From the NCBI GenBank assembly GCA_965218585.1, contig CBDCLE010000010.1:128001-192000 (forward strand): a DNA stretch of 64,000 nt, written 5' to 3'. Under the pieces are notes generated by a model, which was not told the origin of the DNA, searched no databases, and saw only the letters and a program-made list of their open reading frames with translations. How positions within the stretch are numbered: the first letter of the stretch is position 1; every line of letters starts with the position of its first letter. The stretch is from Terriglobia bacterium (GTDB taxonomy: Bacteria > Acidobacteriota > Terriglobia > 20CM-2-55-15). This document shows, in pieces, positions 28,271 through 37,554 of the stretch. The translations under genes were made by a program, and so were the position numbers.

Positions 28271-30425
28271 GTGCGTGCCTGGCAGCACGCGTTTCCGGCG
28301 GGTTAAAGTCCCGCTCGGCCCGAGGCCACGGGTCGATATCCAATAAGTGGGGGTAATGCCTCACTGGCCGAAGTGTAGGCGGGTATGCAAATGCCTAAAC
28401 GGGCACGAAGGCGAAAGCCGGATACGGCCAAGACAGAGCTGGATCCACCTACGGAAACTTTGGAGGGCAGGGCGCCCACCGCGAGGTGGGGTCTGAAGGG
28501 CATGAGGAGAACCACCGGGTCGTAATCGACGGGAGCGATCCCGAGGATGAACCGGTCGGCCAAAGATGGGGAATGGTCGAGCCCGCACTATGGGGGCGAA
28601 GGCACATTGGTTCCCCCCCCCATCGCACCAAGGTGTGTGCGGGCGACACGGTGGAGAAGAGACACGAGTGACCCAGGGAGGCCTGGTATTGTCCGGGCGG
28701 AAGGTAAGGTCGAGATGGTGTGGCACCCGCAGACGAAAGGGCGGGCAACGGAGAAGACAAACATCGACCTAGAGCCCCGCAAGGTAGGTGCGGATATAAG
28801 CGAGAGCGAAGTTCCGGCCGACGCGGTGCCAGGAATCGGATCAGGGAATAGTACTCAGGAACGAGACACCGAACATAAGATCTCGGATCGTTGCTTCAAG
28901 CAGCGGCGCTGGCGGGTTCAAAAGGCCCGTTGGAGGGGGAAGTCCCTGTACTCAGTTGTGATTGTGCGAGCGAGGGAAAGGCGGAGGTATCGTGACCTTG
29001 GACAGTTCCCTTAGTGAAAGACCCAAACGCGATTCGGACGAAGCCGCCGCCCGTCACCACACAGCGACATTGGAAAGCAAACAGGGAAAGAAGCGAAAGG
29101 TCCACTCGCTGATCGACAAGGTGTTTAGTCGCAAGAATCTGGAGTTGGCCTGGGAGAAGGTGAAGCGGAACCGAGGTAGTGCGGGCATCGACAAGGTGAC
29201 CGTTGAGCAGTTTGAAACGCGCAAGGAGGAATATCTGGCCTTGTTGCATCAAAGACTGCGAGATGGCAGTTATCGCCCCAAGCCGGTTAAGCGAGTCGAG
29301 ATCGGGAAGTCCGACGGAGGAGTGCGAAAGCTGGGGATACCGGCCGTGATGGATCGGGTATGTCAGCAGGCACTGGTCCAGCGGATGGAACCGATCTTCG
29401 AGCCGCTGTTTCTGGACTGCTCATTCGGGTATCGCAAGGGGCGTTCGCCTCACGATGCGATGCGGAAAGTATGGGTAGAGCTGGGCGAGGGAGACCTATG
29501 GGTAGTTGATGCCGACTTGCGGCAGTTCTTCGACACGATTGACCAGGAGAAGCTCCTCGACTTAATTGCCGAAGAGATCAGCGACGGCCGAGTACTGGGA
29601 CTGATCCGGGTCATCCTGGGTTCGGGGGTGTTGGACGGAGGTTGCTGGCAACCCACGCGGACGGGAGTTCCCCAAGGGGGAGTGGCCAGTCCGTTGTGGT
29701 CAAACATCTTTCTGACGCCGTTTGACCGTGAGATGACCCGACAAGGTTACAGACTCACACGCTGGGCGGACGACTTCGTGGTGGTCTGCAGGACACCGTC
29801 GGAAGCCCGGCAGGCACTCGCATGTGCAGAGCGGTTTCTCTGGGAGGCACTTGGAGTTCGGCTCCATCCGAAGAAGACGCGGATTGTACACGTCCGACAG
29901 GGCTTCGAGTTCTTGGGGTACAAGGTGAAGCAAGGGAAAGGCCTGCGCCTGTCCGATACACAGAGGCAGGGTCGCGGAATGCATCCCTATAACCTGTACG
30001 CCATTCCACGGGAAAAGTCGGTGGAGAGGTTCCGGACGCAAATCCGACACCTCTCGCGCCGAAAGGCTCCCCTCACGCTGGGCGAAGTCATCGACCAGCT
30101 CAACCCAGTGATTCGTGGTTGGGGGAACTACTACCGCAAAGCGCGGGTGCGCCGACTCTTTAACCAGTTGGACCGTTGGATCGAGCGCCGTATCCACTCG
30201 TTTCTCGCGAAACGGTGGCGCAATACGATGTGGCGCCGCTATCCGGCACGACGACTGATTCGGGAGTTTGGTTTGGTCCGACTGACGCATCTGATCCCCG
30301 GTCTTGTGGACCGGTGACTTCGAGCGAGGAGCAACTGAGGAAAGCGGCTTGCGGGAAAACTGCACGAGCCGTTTGATTGAGCGGACGGTGGAAGGGCGGC
30401 TCTGCCCGACCACTTTCGACTCTAC
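28271..30425 (+). mobile_element. Group II intron (~2.15 kb)
   Basis: 5' GTGCG; domain V AAGCGGCTTGCGGGAAAACTGCACGAGCCGTTT after the ORF; domain VI ending CGACTCTAC. Confidence 0.85.
29070..30317 (+). CDS. ltrA: Group II intron reverse transcriptase/maturase, no endonuclease domain
   Basis: GSAGID, RKLGIP..DR, PQGG..SP, RWADD, FEFLG, LNPVIRGWGNYY; start uncertain (28962-29070). Confidence 0.93.
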   Translation: MESKQGKKRKVHSLIDKVFSRKNLELAWEKVKRNRGSAGIDKVTVEQFETRKEEYLALLHQRLRDGSYRPKPVKRVEIGKSDGGVRKLGIPAVMDRVCQQALVQRMEPIFEPLFLDCSFGYRKGRSPHDAMRKVWVELGEGDLWVVDADLRQFFDTIDQEKLLDLIAEEISDGRVLGLIRVILGSGVLDGGCWQPTRTGVPQGGVASPLWSNIFLTPFDREMTRQGYRLTRWADDFVVVCRTPSEARQALACAERFLWEALGVRLHPKKTRIVHVRQGFEFLGYKVKQGKGLRLSDTQRQGRGMHPYNLYAIPREKSVERFRTQIRHLSRRKAPLTLGEVIDQLNPVIRGWGNYYRKARVRRLFNQLDRWIERRIHSFLAKRWRNTMWRRYPARRLIREFGLVRLTHLIPGLVDR

Positions 30426-30951
30426 AACAGAAGCGACTCCGAACACGGCCGAGAAAGGATCGACAGCCTCCTTCGTTCAGATGACGAGTGAGATTCCTAC
30501 TGAAACAGGCGGCACGGCCCGTCAGGCTGCACCGCAACCGGCTGCACCGGCCCAACCGGCGAAACCCGCAAACCTGCCGACGTTTTCTCTTGAACCGGCA
30601 CGGCGTGTGACGATGATGGTCGGGGAATCCGATAGCGGAGTTCGCGTCCAGTTGAGTGAGAATCGGGGCGAGGTCTCGGTTCGATTTAACGCTCCCACAG
30701 TCATTTGCACCGGCCTGGAAGGTTCCGTCCACAACCTGGTGGATTCGCTCAATCGCCAACAGGTTCCGCTCTCCGATGTCCTGTTCTCCGGACGCTTCGA
30801 CACTGGAACCGACTCGGGTCAGTCCCAGCACGGCGACGGACATGGCTCCCGGCAGGGACAATCCGCTGATACCGAATCTGAAGAAACTCTTGCCTTCATG
30901 ACAGAGTTCGAGTCTTCCGATGAAGATTCTCTCGTCAGCCTCACCGCGTAA
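30426..30951 (+). pseudogene. FliK-like (hook-length control) C-terminal remnant
   Basis: Pro/Ala-rich linker then VRVQLSENRGEVSVRF...L...L; lies just upstream of flgD. Confidence 0.5.
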
Positions 30952-31213
30952 CCTCTGGTTACGTCCCCAAAAGACATTTCAACGCAGAGGCGCAGAGGTC
31001 GCAGAGACCTATATGATTTCTGCGGTCTTCGCGTCCCTGCGTCTCTCGGTTCTTGCGAGGAAGCTGAAGGCTGATCGCCGATCGCTGGGGCGTATCGGCA
31101 GGTCGCGGCGACGACATAAGCAAAAAATGCCGGGTAGGGAGATTTTTCTTATAGAAGCTTTCATGCCTTCGCACAATGCATATGCAGTTTCAATAACTTG
31201 CAGCCGATTTTAG

Positions 31214-31231
31214 TTCGGCGCGACGCGTGCT
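31214..31231 (+). promoter_or_regulatory. Possible sigma-54 promoter for flgD
   Basis: GG(31217)-N10-GC(31229) spacing, imperfect consensus. Confidence 0.3.
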
Positions 31232-31256
31232 CTAAATAGTCCCGAGGAGGAAAACG

Positions 31257-31514
31257 ATGATTGAAACAATTTTACCTACATCTTTGGGCGATCGGGCGCC
31301 GGCGCTTCCGATGTCGAAGGCCGAGGAACAGAAGTCGCAGTTCCTGCAGTTGCTCGTCGCCCAGATGAAAATGCAGGATCCCCTCAATCCAATGGACGGC
31401 ACCGATTTTGTGGCGCAGTTGGCGCAGTTCACCAGCGTCGAAGAATTGATCAATATCCGGCAAGCCATGGAAAACGTCGAACAGGCGCTAGGGCAGACAG
31501 GTACAACGCTATAA
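31257..31514 (+). CDS. flgD: Flagellar hook-capping protein FlgD N-terminal domain; stop codon supplied by the IS110 left end
   Basis: FLQLLVAQMKMQDPLNPMD..DFVAQLAQFTSVE. Confidence 0.85.
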   Translation: MIETILPTSLGDRAPALPMSKAEEQKSQFLQLLVAQMKMQDPLNPMDGTDFVAQLAQFTSVEELINIRQAMENVEQALGQTGTTL

Positions 31515-31614
31515 GGAAGGACGCCCCTTTGTCGGCTGTTGCCAGGAGGAAAATCTCCCGACAACAACCCATTCAACGTAGCTGCGTTGAATTCAAAGAC
31601 AAAGGAGCACGTAA

Positions 31615-32676
31615 ATGAAACAGGCCAAGTATATCGGCATGGATGTGCACCAGGCAACGACGGTGGTGATGGTCTTAAACGCAGACGGCAAACTGGTCTG
31701 GGAAAAGATCGTAGAGACCCAGGCCGGGCCAATCATTGATTTGCTGGAGAGTCTGAGTGGTGAGCTGCACGTGACGTTTGAAGAAACCACGCAGGCCGAA
31801 TGGCTCTACAACGTGGTCCGGGGATATGTGAGCGAAGTGATCGTGTGTGATCCCAGACGGAACAAACTGCTCAGTGACGGGTCCAAGACCGACCGGGTGG
31901 ATGCCCTGAAACTGGCCGAGCTGCTCCGGGCCGGATGGCTGCGGTCGGTCTACCACGGGCACGATGCGACGCGGACGTTGAAAGAACTGGTCCGCGGATA
32001 TGAGACCTTGACCCTGGATACGCAGCGGACGATGGTTCGGATCAAGGCAATGTATCGAGGACGTGGGATCCGGACGCCGGGCCACGGCGTCTACCTCCCA
32101 TCGCAGCGGGAACACTGGATCGAACAGCTCGCCAATACCGGTGCACGGCGGCGTACCGGATGGTTGTATGAGGAGCTGGATCATCTGAGAGGGTTAAGAA
32201 AAAAAGCGAAGCTGGCGATGTTAACCGAGAGCCGCAAGCATCGTGCGGTGGGGATATTGCAGACGATTCCCCAGTTGGGACCGATACGTTGCGCCTTGAT
32301 TGTAGCGACGGGGGACACCCCGCATCGATTTCGAACCAAACGCCAGCTCTGGAACTACAGCGGTCTGGCCGTGGCAATGCACATGAGTGCGGAGTATGAG
32401 CAGGAAGGGAGTCGTGTGGTACGTCGTCGAAAGCCGATCGCCACGCGGGGACTGAACCGCAACGGCAACCGACGTTTGAAAGATGTGTTCATCGGGGCGG
32501 CGACCGGAGGCATGGGGGCCGAACCTTGGAAAAGCTACCTGGAGGGGCTCCAGAAAGACGGCAAGCGTAAGGAGATGGCTCGGCTGACACTGGCGAGGAA
32601 GATTGCAGCGACCGCACTGAAGATGTGGAAGAAAGGAGACACGTTTAACGCAAAGAAACTGAACTTGGCGACATAG
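31615..32676 (+). CDS. IS110-family recombinase/transposase
   Basis: IGMDVH, FEET, KTDRVDA; TIPQLG, RF...QLWNYSGL. Confidence 0.92.
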   Translation: MKQAKYIGMDVHQATTVVMVLNADGKLVWEKIVETQAGPIIDLLESLSGELHVTFEETTQAEWLYNVVRGYVSEVIVCDPRRNKLLSDGSKTDRVDALKLAELLRAGWLRSVYHGHDATRTLKELVRGYETLTLDTQRTMVRIKAMYRGRGIRTPGHGVYLPSQREHWIEQLANTGARRRTGWLYEELDHLRGLRKKAKLAMLTESRKHRAVGILQTIPQLGPIRCALIVATGDTPHRFRTKRQLWNYSGLAVAMHMSAEYEQEGSRVVRRRKPIATRGLNRNGNRRLKDVFIGAATGGMGAEPWKSYLEGLQKDGKRKEMARLTLARKIAATALKMWKKGDTFNAKKLNLAT

Positions 32677-33061
32677 CCGTTTCCAGACTTCTGCCGACAG
32701 CGCGAGGCATTCGACCGCTCGTCGTCGGTGAGGCGTCGGAACGGTAGGGTCGAGGGTGAGGATCCGATACGCGGTTGGCACACAGCGCTTGCTGAAGGCC
32801 CATGTAATACTCTATCCCCCCTCGCACGACCTGGAAAAGCGATAGCCCTCGAGGCTCAGATAGAACCGTGGTCGGCAATCACGACCCCTTTGCGCTTTTC
32901 AGTTTCTCGAAACCACACCACGTTGTGATGAGTGATCGACTTCTCTGCGATGCCGGATCAACAGTTCGTCTCAACGGAGACAGGGGCTGGCTGCCACGAC
33001 AGTGTTGGGTCCGGTGGTCCGCTCGGCGGGGACGTGTTTCTCTTGACAGCCCCTTCCATAG
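32677..33061 (+). ncRNA. Putative bridge/seekRNA region (loops at ~32753-32875)
   Basis: 10-nt perfect antisense match to the right flank and 7-nt match to the donor junction inside stem-loops. Confidence 0.72.
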
Positions 33062-33064
33062 AAC

Positions 33065-33647
33065 CGCGTATGAAGTCGGGCCACCTCAGTCGGTCACGCC
33101 AATTCAACAAGAATTCACATTCAGCCAGGGATTGCGCGGTGGAGTTCGACTCAACGTTGCCACCTCAGGTCATTGGGGAGAAGAGTTTGTGTACAGCTTC
33201 GAAACCAACGAAGCCAAATTCGTCACCGTGAGCCCTCCGGCCGCGGATCTGGAACTGGGTATGCAGATCCACCAGTTCTCGGTCAACACCCTCTACTACA
33301 TCGATGCTGACGAGGATCTGACGGTCCGACCGTTCCTGACCTTTGGAATCGGTGCCACAATGTACCGGCCCACGGACGAAGCCAAGGCGATCGCTCGCGA
33401 CCCGTTGCGTGGCAACCTGGGTGGAATCGATACCTCCACGGAATTCGCGTTCAACTATGGCATCGGTCTGAAGGCCAGGATCAGCGACAGAATCGGCTTC
33501 CGCGTCGACGGAAGGGGCTATTTGTCCAGAACGCCGTCGTTCGGATTTGCCCGCTCATCTTCGGACCCGAACGCCACGGTTTTTCCTGCCGGCGGAGCGT
33601 TCCACAACGGTGCTGCCACTGCAGGACTGATCTTCTACTTGAATTAG
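33065..33647 (+). pseudogene. Outer-membrane beta-barrel protein lacking its N-terminus
   Basis: RPFLTFGIG, FAFNYGIGLK, IGFRVDGR, aromatic C-terminus; no signal peptide after the IS boundary. Confidence 0.7.
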
Positions 33648-33677
33648 GCAAGGCCGGATTTCGTTGTACCGGACTCG

Positions 33678-34691
33678 TTAGGGTTGGAGACTTCGGTAGA
33701 TCGCTTCGACAAACCTGTCTGTCGTCCACGGGCCCTCTGTTGCTCCATGGACGCCGTCGTAGTCGAGGGTTGGGCGTGCGGCCTGCACTTCGGCCAACGT
33801 CAACCCTTCGTCAATCATGACCGAGACTCGATCGCGGATAATCGTGAGCATGTCCCGGTATTCCACTACCTCAGATTCGTTCGAGATCCGACCGTGGCCG
33901 GGTACCACCAGCGTTCCCCCTTGCTGGTTGAAACGGGGAATCGTGATGTCGATGATACGGTTGGCCGCATCTATCAACCCTTGAATCGAGCCACCCCGTT
34001 CCAGGTCTATCACGGGATAGCCCTCGGTGACGAATACGTCGCCTGCCACGACAATGTCAGACCTGCGGAAGAACACGATCAGATCACCATCGGTGTATGC
34101 AGACGGCTGGTGCAGGACTTCGATTCCATCGTCATTGAAGAACATGGTCTTTTTCGGCGTAAAAAAGGTGCTGGTCGGCCATGCGTCGAAAGGCCGGGGC
34201 TCGACGCGCCCCGCAGCCCCGGCCATCCGCAGGTAGGTTTCTTCGCGCGCAATGACCGGCGCGTTCTCGATCTGGAGGCCCGAGTTGCCAGGTCCGTTGA
34301 CGGATTCGTTGGCACCCGCCAGAGACAAAAGTTCGTTGCCGCCGGTGTGACTCCGGTCGGAATTCGTGTTGATCACGTAGCGTATGGGGCCGTCAGATAG
34401 CGACCGGATGATGTCGAGGATCTCCTGACTGACGGCCTCGGCTCCGGAATCCACCAACAGCACCCCGGCCTCGCCCAACTGGACTACGATGTTGCCGCCG
34501 GCTCCAGCGATCAGATGCACACCATTCCGAAGGGGCAACACTTCGATCGCGTCAACATCGCCGACAGCCCGGTTTTGCTGGGGCTGCACCGACGCTGACG
34601 ATCTGCGCGCCAGGCCAGGTACAGCCAGTACCACGGCAAGTAGGATCACGCCGGACGCGCGCAGGAGGATTATCTTCTCCCGACCCGCCAT
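33678..34691 (-). CDS. Secreted MBL-fold hydrolase-like protein
   Basis: GAGGN, LVDSG, INTNSDRSHTGGN (degenerate HxHxDH), AGDVF, VPGHG. Confidence 0.8.
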   Translation of the reverse strand: MAGREKIILLRASGVILLAVVLAVPGLARRSSASVQPQQNRAVGDVDAIEVLPLRNGVHLIAGAGGNIVVQLGEAGVLLVDSGAEAVSQEILDIIRSLSDGPIRYVINTNSDRSHTGGNELLSLAGANESVNGPGNSGLQIENAPVIAREETYLRMAGAAGRVEPRPFDAWPTSTFFTPKKTMFFNDDGIEVLHQPSAYTDGDLIVFFRRSDIVVAGDVFVTEGYPVIDLERGGSIQGLIDAANRIIDITIPRFNQQGGTLVVPGHGRISNESEVVEYRDMLTIIRDRVSVMIDEGLTLAEVQAARPTLDYDGVHGATEGPWTTDRFVEAIYRSLQP

Positions 34692-35571
34692 CACGGTTCT
34701 ACCCCACCAGTTGCCTGCGCTTCGCGTGTCATCTCCCGAATCTTTTGTACGTATTCCGGATAGAGAGTTTCGGCCCCACCCTGGGTCGCTTCGTAGGGCA
34801 AGCCGACTAGCTCGGCGAAGTCAGTGTGGTGCGTTCCCATCGGATAACTGGGAACATACCCCGGGCCAGGCGCGACCACCTCGTCCACGATCTCCAGGAA
34901 AGTCGGCGACCCGACCTGAAGTTCAGGATTCCAAACAAAAGTCGTCGAGCGTACGAACGGTTCGTCCAGATAGACGGGGTCCTCGATCGCCGTGAACGTC
35001 ACGAGGAGTTCGCCGTGCCGCACGAAGTACTCGGTCATCCGGGAGAGCTCGCTGGCCGGCACACCATTGCGTTGGATATATCCGGCTTTCAGGTGAGTCG
35101 TGGTGACTTTAAGTGTCCGGCCTACCCATTCGCCCGTGGAGAAGCCGGTCCACGTGTGCAGCGCGCGGTCAAAAGGGTGCGGGCGTCCGTCCATCCAGAT
35201 CGTCCGAACTGCACCCCACAGCCCGTTGATTGTGTAGGCGAGGACCCGGAACTGACCGGGTCGATGACCTCGTCGAAGCGAAAATTCGCCGGGCCGCGCA
35301 ACGAGTACTGTGCCGGATGCGGCCGCGCTTGCTGTTCGGGCAGCGAGTGGATCGAGGCATCCCAGGTCCGCGCCTTCAATCGGGCCGCTTCGTTGACGGG
35401 TATCCCCGTGTAGTCCCCCAGCTCGGGACCGGGAATACGGTGCGGACGGTCCTCATGGAGAGACGCACTCCATTTGCCCGCCAGATCGTATTGTGCTGCG
35501 GCCGGCAGGGAGAACGCCAGGCCCAGTGTAGCCACCAGAAGTGGGGTTAAGTAGTTCTTCAATCGATTCAT
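34691..35571 (-). pseudogene. Secreted DGRPHP-family hypothetical protein, frameshifted near 35250
   Basis: Signal plus DLAGKW..GDYTGIP in one frame; RTIWMDGRPHP..WTGFSTGEW in the next. Confidence 0.75.
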
Positions 35572-35734
35572 AGACGTCACCTTCTCATGGAGGTCATCAA
35601 TCAAAATGACCGAGACTCAAGACTCAGAGGTCCTTTCCCGAAACGGACCGGGCCAACCCAGGAAACCATACTACGAGAAACCATGTTATTTGTCGTTACT
35701 TTGAGAAGGGCCGGAAGGGAAACGAAAAGTCCGC

Positions 35735-35896
35735 CTACATAGACTTTGCGATCCTGTAACCCAGGTATATTCCGGCCATTGCTCCCACGAACGAAAACAA
35801 GACTCCGGAAAGCATTTCGCCGCCCCAGAACGACGGAACGTATCCTCCGATCATTGACCCAACGAAGAAACCGCCCCAGATGAATTTCTTGCTCAC
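35735..35896 (-). CDS. Small membrane protein
   Basis: 53-aa Gly-rich, two hydrophobic segments. Confidence 0.5.
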   Translation of the reverse strand: MSKKFIWGGFFVGSMIGGYVPSFWGGEMLSGVLFSFVGAMAGIYLGYRIAKSM

Positions 35897-36012
35897 AGCA
35901 GAAATCAGTAATCGATGCTCAATTTCCGGCAAGAGGGTCTGCCGGATTGAGAACGACGAGGGCTTTTCTTCGAATAGCCGGTTGTAGAACGACGTGACCC
36001 GGACGATGATCG

Positions 36013-37182
36013 TTAGTCGTTCGGCCTTTCCCAACCCTGTTCGAAGTGTTCTTCCCAGCTTTGCGCCCAGGGCCGGCCGTAGTAGTCAATCCACCCTTCG
36101 TCCCCGGGGATGAGCTGGGTAGGCCGGCCGTCTGCACCGACGACGATCGTGCTCTGGACACGGCACTGTTTGAACGTGTAGCGCGTTTCGGCATCATCAG
36201 GGGCACGTTGCAGGATCCACGGGGTGACGGTGTGGAGTGGCTCGGCGAAGGCCTCCGAGTCGTAAAACGTCGCCTCCGAAATAATTCCGTTTCCATCCGG
36301 GCTGGGCCTGAAGACCTCGATCACTTCGAATTCGTTGCTGTATTCCGGCATCGAGTGGGACAGCCTCCAACCCTGGACGTTAGCGGTCCAGGCGACGAGC
36401 GTGTCGGCGTTCCAGAATCCGACGGTTTCACCCCACCACTGGGGAACCCCTTTCTGAACGTGGTCGCGGCCGACCAGGACCTTTCGGAGGAGATTGTCGG
36501 CCTGACCGACGAGGAGCTGAACCTGAGTCGGAGTCATCATGACCTCGATCGGACCACCGTGAGAGAACTCCGCCCACCAACGCCACGTGCCTTCGGGATA
36601 GCAGAAGGAGGATTGCCACCATGGGGCATTGCTGACACCCTCGTGATAGTTTTCCTGAACCATCCGCTTCTGATATTCCGGCGTGAGCAGCGAAGTCATA
36701 GTCGAGGTTTGAAGGTTTCGGCCGTAGACCCATTGTTCGTCGCGCGCTCCCCGGACGTACCAGCCGTCCCAGTCCGGCAGCGATTCCCGGGTATGGACCG
36801 TAGGGCCGCCGGCCGCGCGGGCTTCGGTCATCAGCGCTCGGTAGTGTTCCTCGGCAGTTCGGTAAGCGTAAGGACTCACGATGTCGGCGATGTCACGGTC
36901 CAGGTTGCAATCCCCCCATTCTCCGGGCCTGTCTTCCCTGCTCCACATGTCAGTCAACTGACGGGGCGTATTGCAGCGGGCGTATCGAGGGTCGGTCCAA
37001 TACTCGCTATCCAGATAAAAATTGGTCGTCGTCCACAAGTCGACGGGGAGTGGTTCGACACCCGGTGGCGGCGTCGCATTGATGGCCGCCTCTCCCTGCG
37101 CTGAAGCGGGCACAGGCGAAATCGCTAGGATCGCCAGAACGACCAATAGAACGGATCCTACCGTTGCGGACGACATACGCAT
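36013..37182 (-). CDS. Secreted hypothetical protein (distant DGRPHP-family relative)
   Basis: AGGAG RBS, signal peptide; [27 protein letters not shown]. Confidence 0.75.
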   Translation of the reverse strand: MRMSSATVGSVLLVVLAILAISPVPASAQGEAAINATPPPGVEPLPVDLWTTTNFYLDSEYWTDPRYARCNTPRQLTDMWSREDRPGEWGDCNLDRDIADIVSPYAYRTAEEHYRALMTEARAAGGPTVHTRESLPDWDGWYVRGARDEQWVYGRNLQTSTMTSLLTPEYQKRMVQENYHEGVSNAPWWQSSFCYPEGTWRWWAEFSHGGPIEVMMTPTQVQLLVGQADNLLRKVLVGRDHVQKGVPQWWGETVGFWNADTLVAWTANVQGWRLSHSMPEYSNEFEVIEVFRPSPDGNGIISEATFYDSEAFAEPLHTVTPWILQRAPDDAETRYTFKQCRVQSTIVVGADGRPTQLIPGDEGWIDYYGRPWAQSWEEHFEQGWERPND

Positions 37183-37554
37183 ATTGAGAGTCTCCTCTTT
37201 AGAAATTCGAGGCCGCTGGACCAGCCTGGTGATTATGATATTTCATTTTAATGACCCCTGCCGTGACATGCCAGAGTCTAGACACCACGAAGCAGGATAC
37301 CAGAGCCTTAGTTCCCTATGACCGCATTCGGGGTCGAAGTCGGTCTCTGGGACCCCAGTCAGCCTCCTCTGGACGTATCCCGAGCTTATCGGACAGGTGG
37401 GGCCGTAGTCTCCTGACGGATCATGCCTGACGTAGTCCGATGAATGCGATAGAATCGCGCTCGGCAGGACTTCGTCGACACCGGAATAAAAACGCGACTC
37501 CGCAGGTCCAAATCTGGGGCACATCTTATGAGCCATTAACGACCCGATAAACGA

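Larger units (their letters stand above)
31505..33064 (+). mobile_element. IS110/IS1111-type element, second family
   Basis: AAC repeated at both ends (31505-31507, 33062-33064); short IR GGAAGG/CCTTCC; ~385-nt right end. Confidence 0.85.

Noticed and set aside
28962-30317. Retron, DGR or defence-associated RT
   Set aside because: Maturase domain, GTGCG start and domains V/VI identify a group II intron; no TR/VR pair or msr-msd seen
28012-30951. Intron splicing restoring one continuous fliK gene
   Set aside because: Exon joining is out of frame, and the 5' flank encodes an RloA-type tail on the other strand
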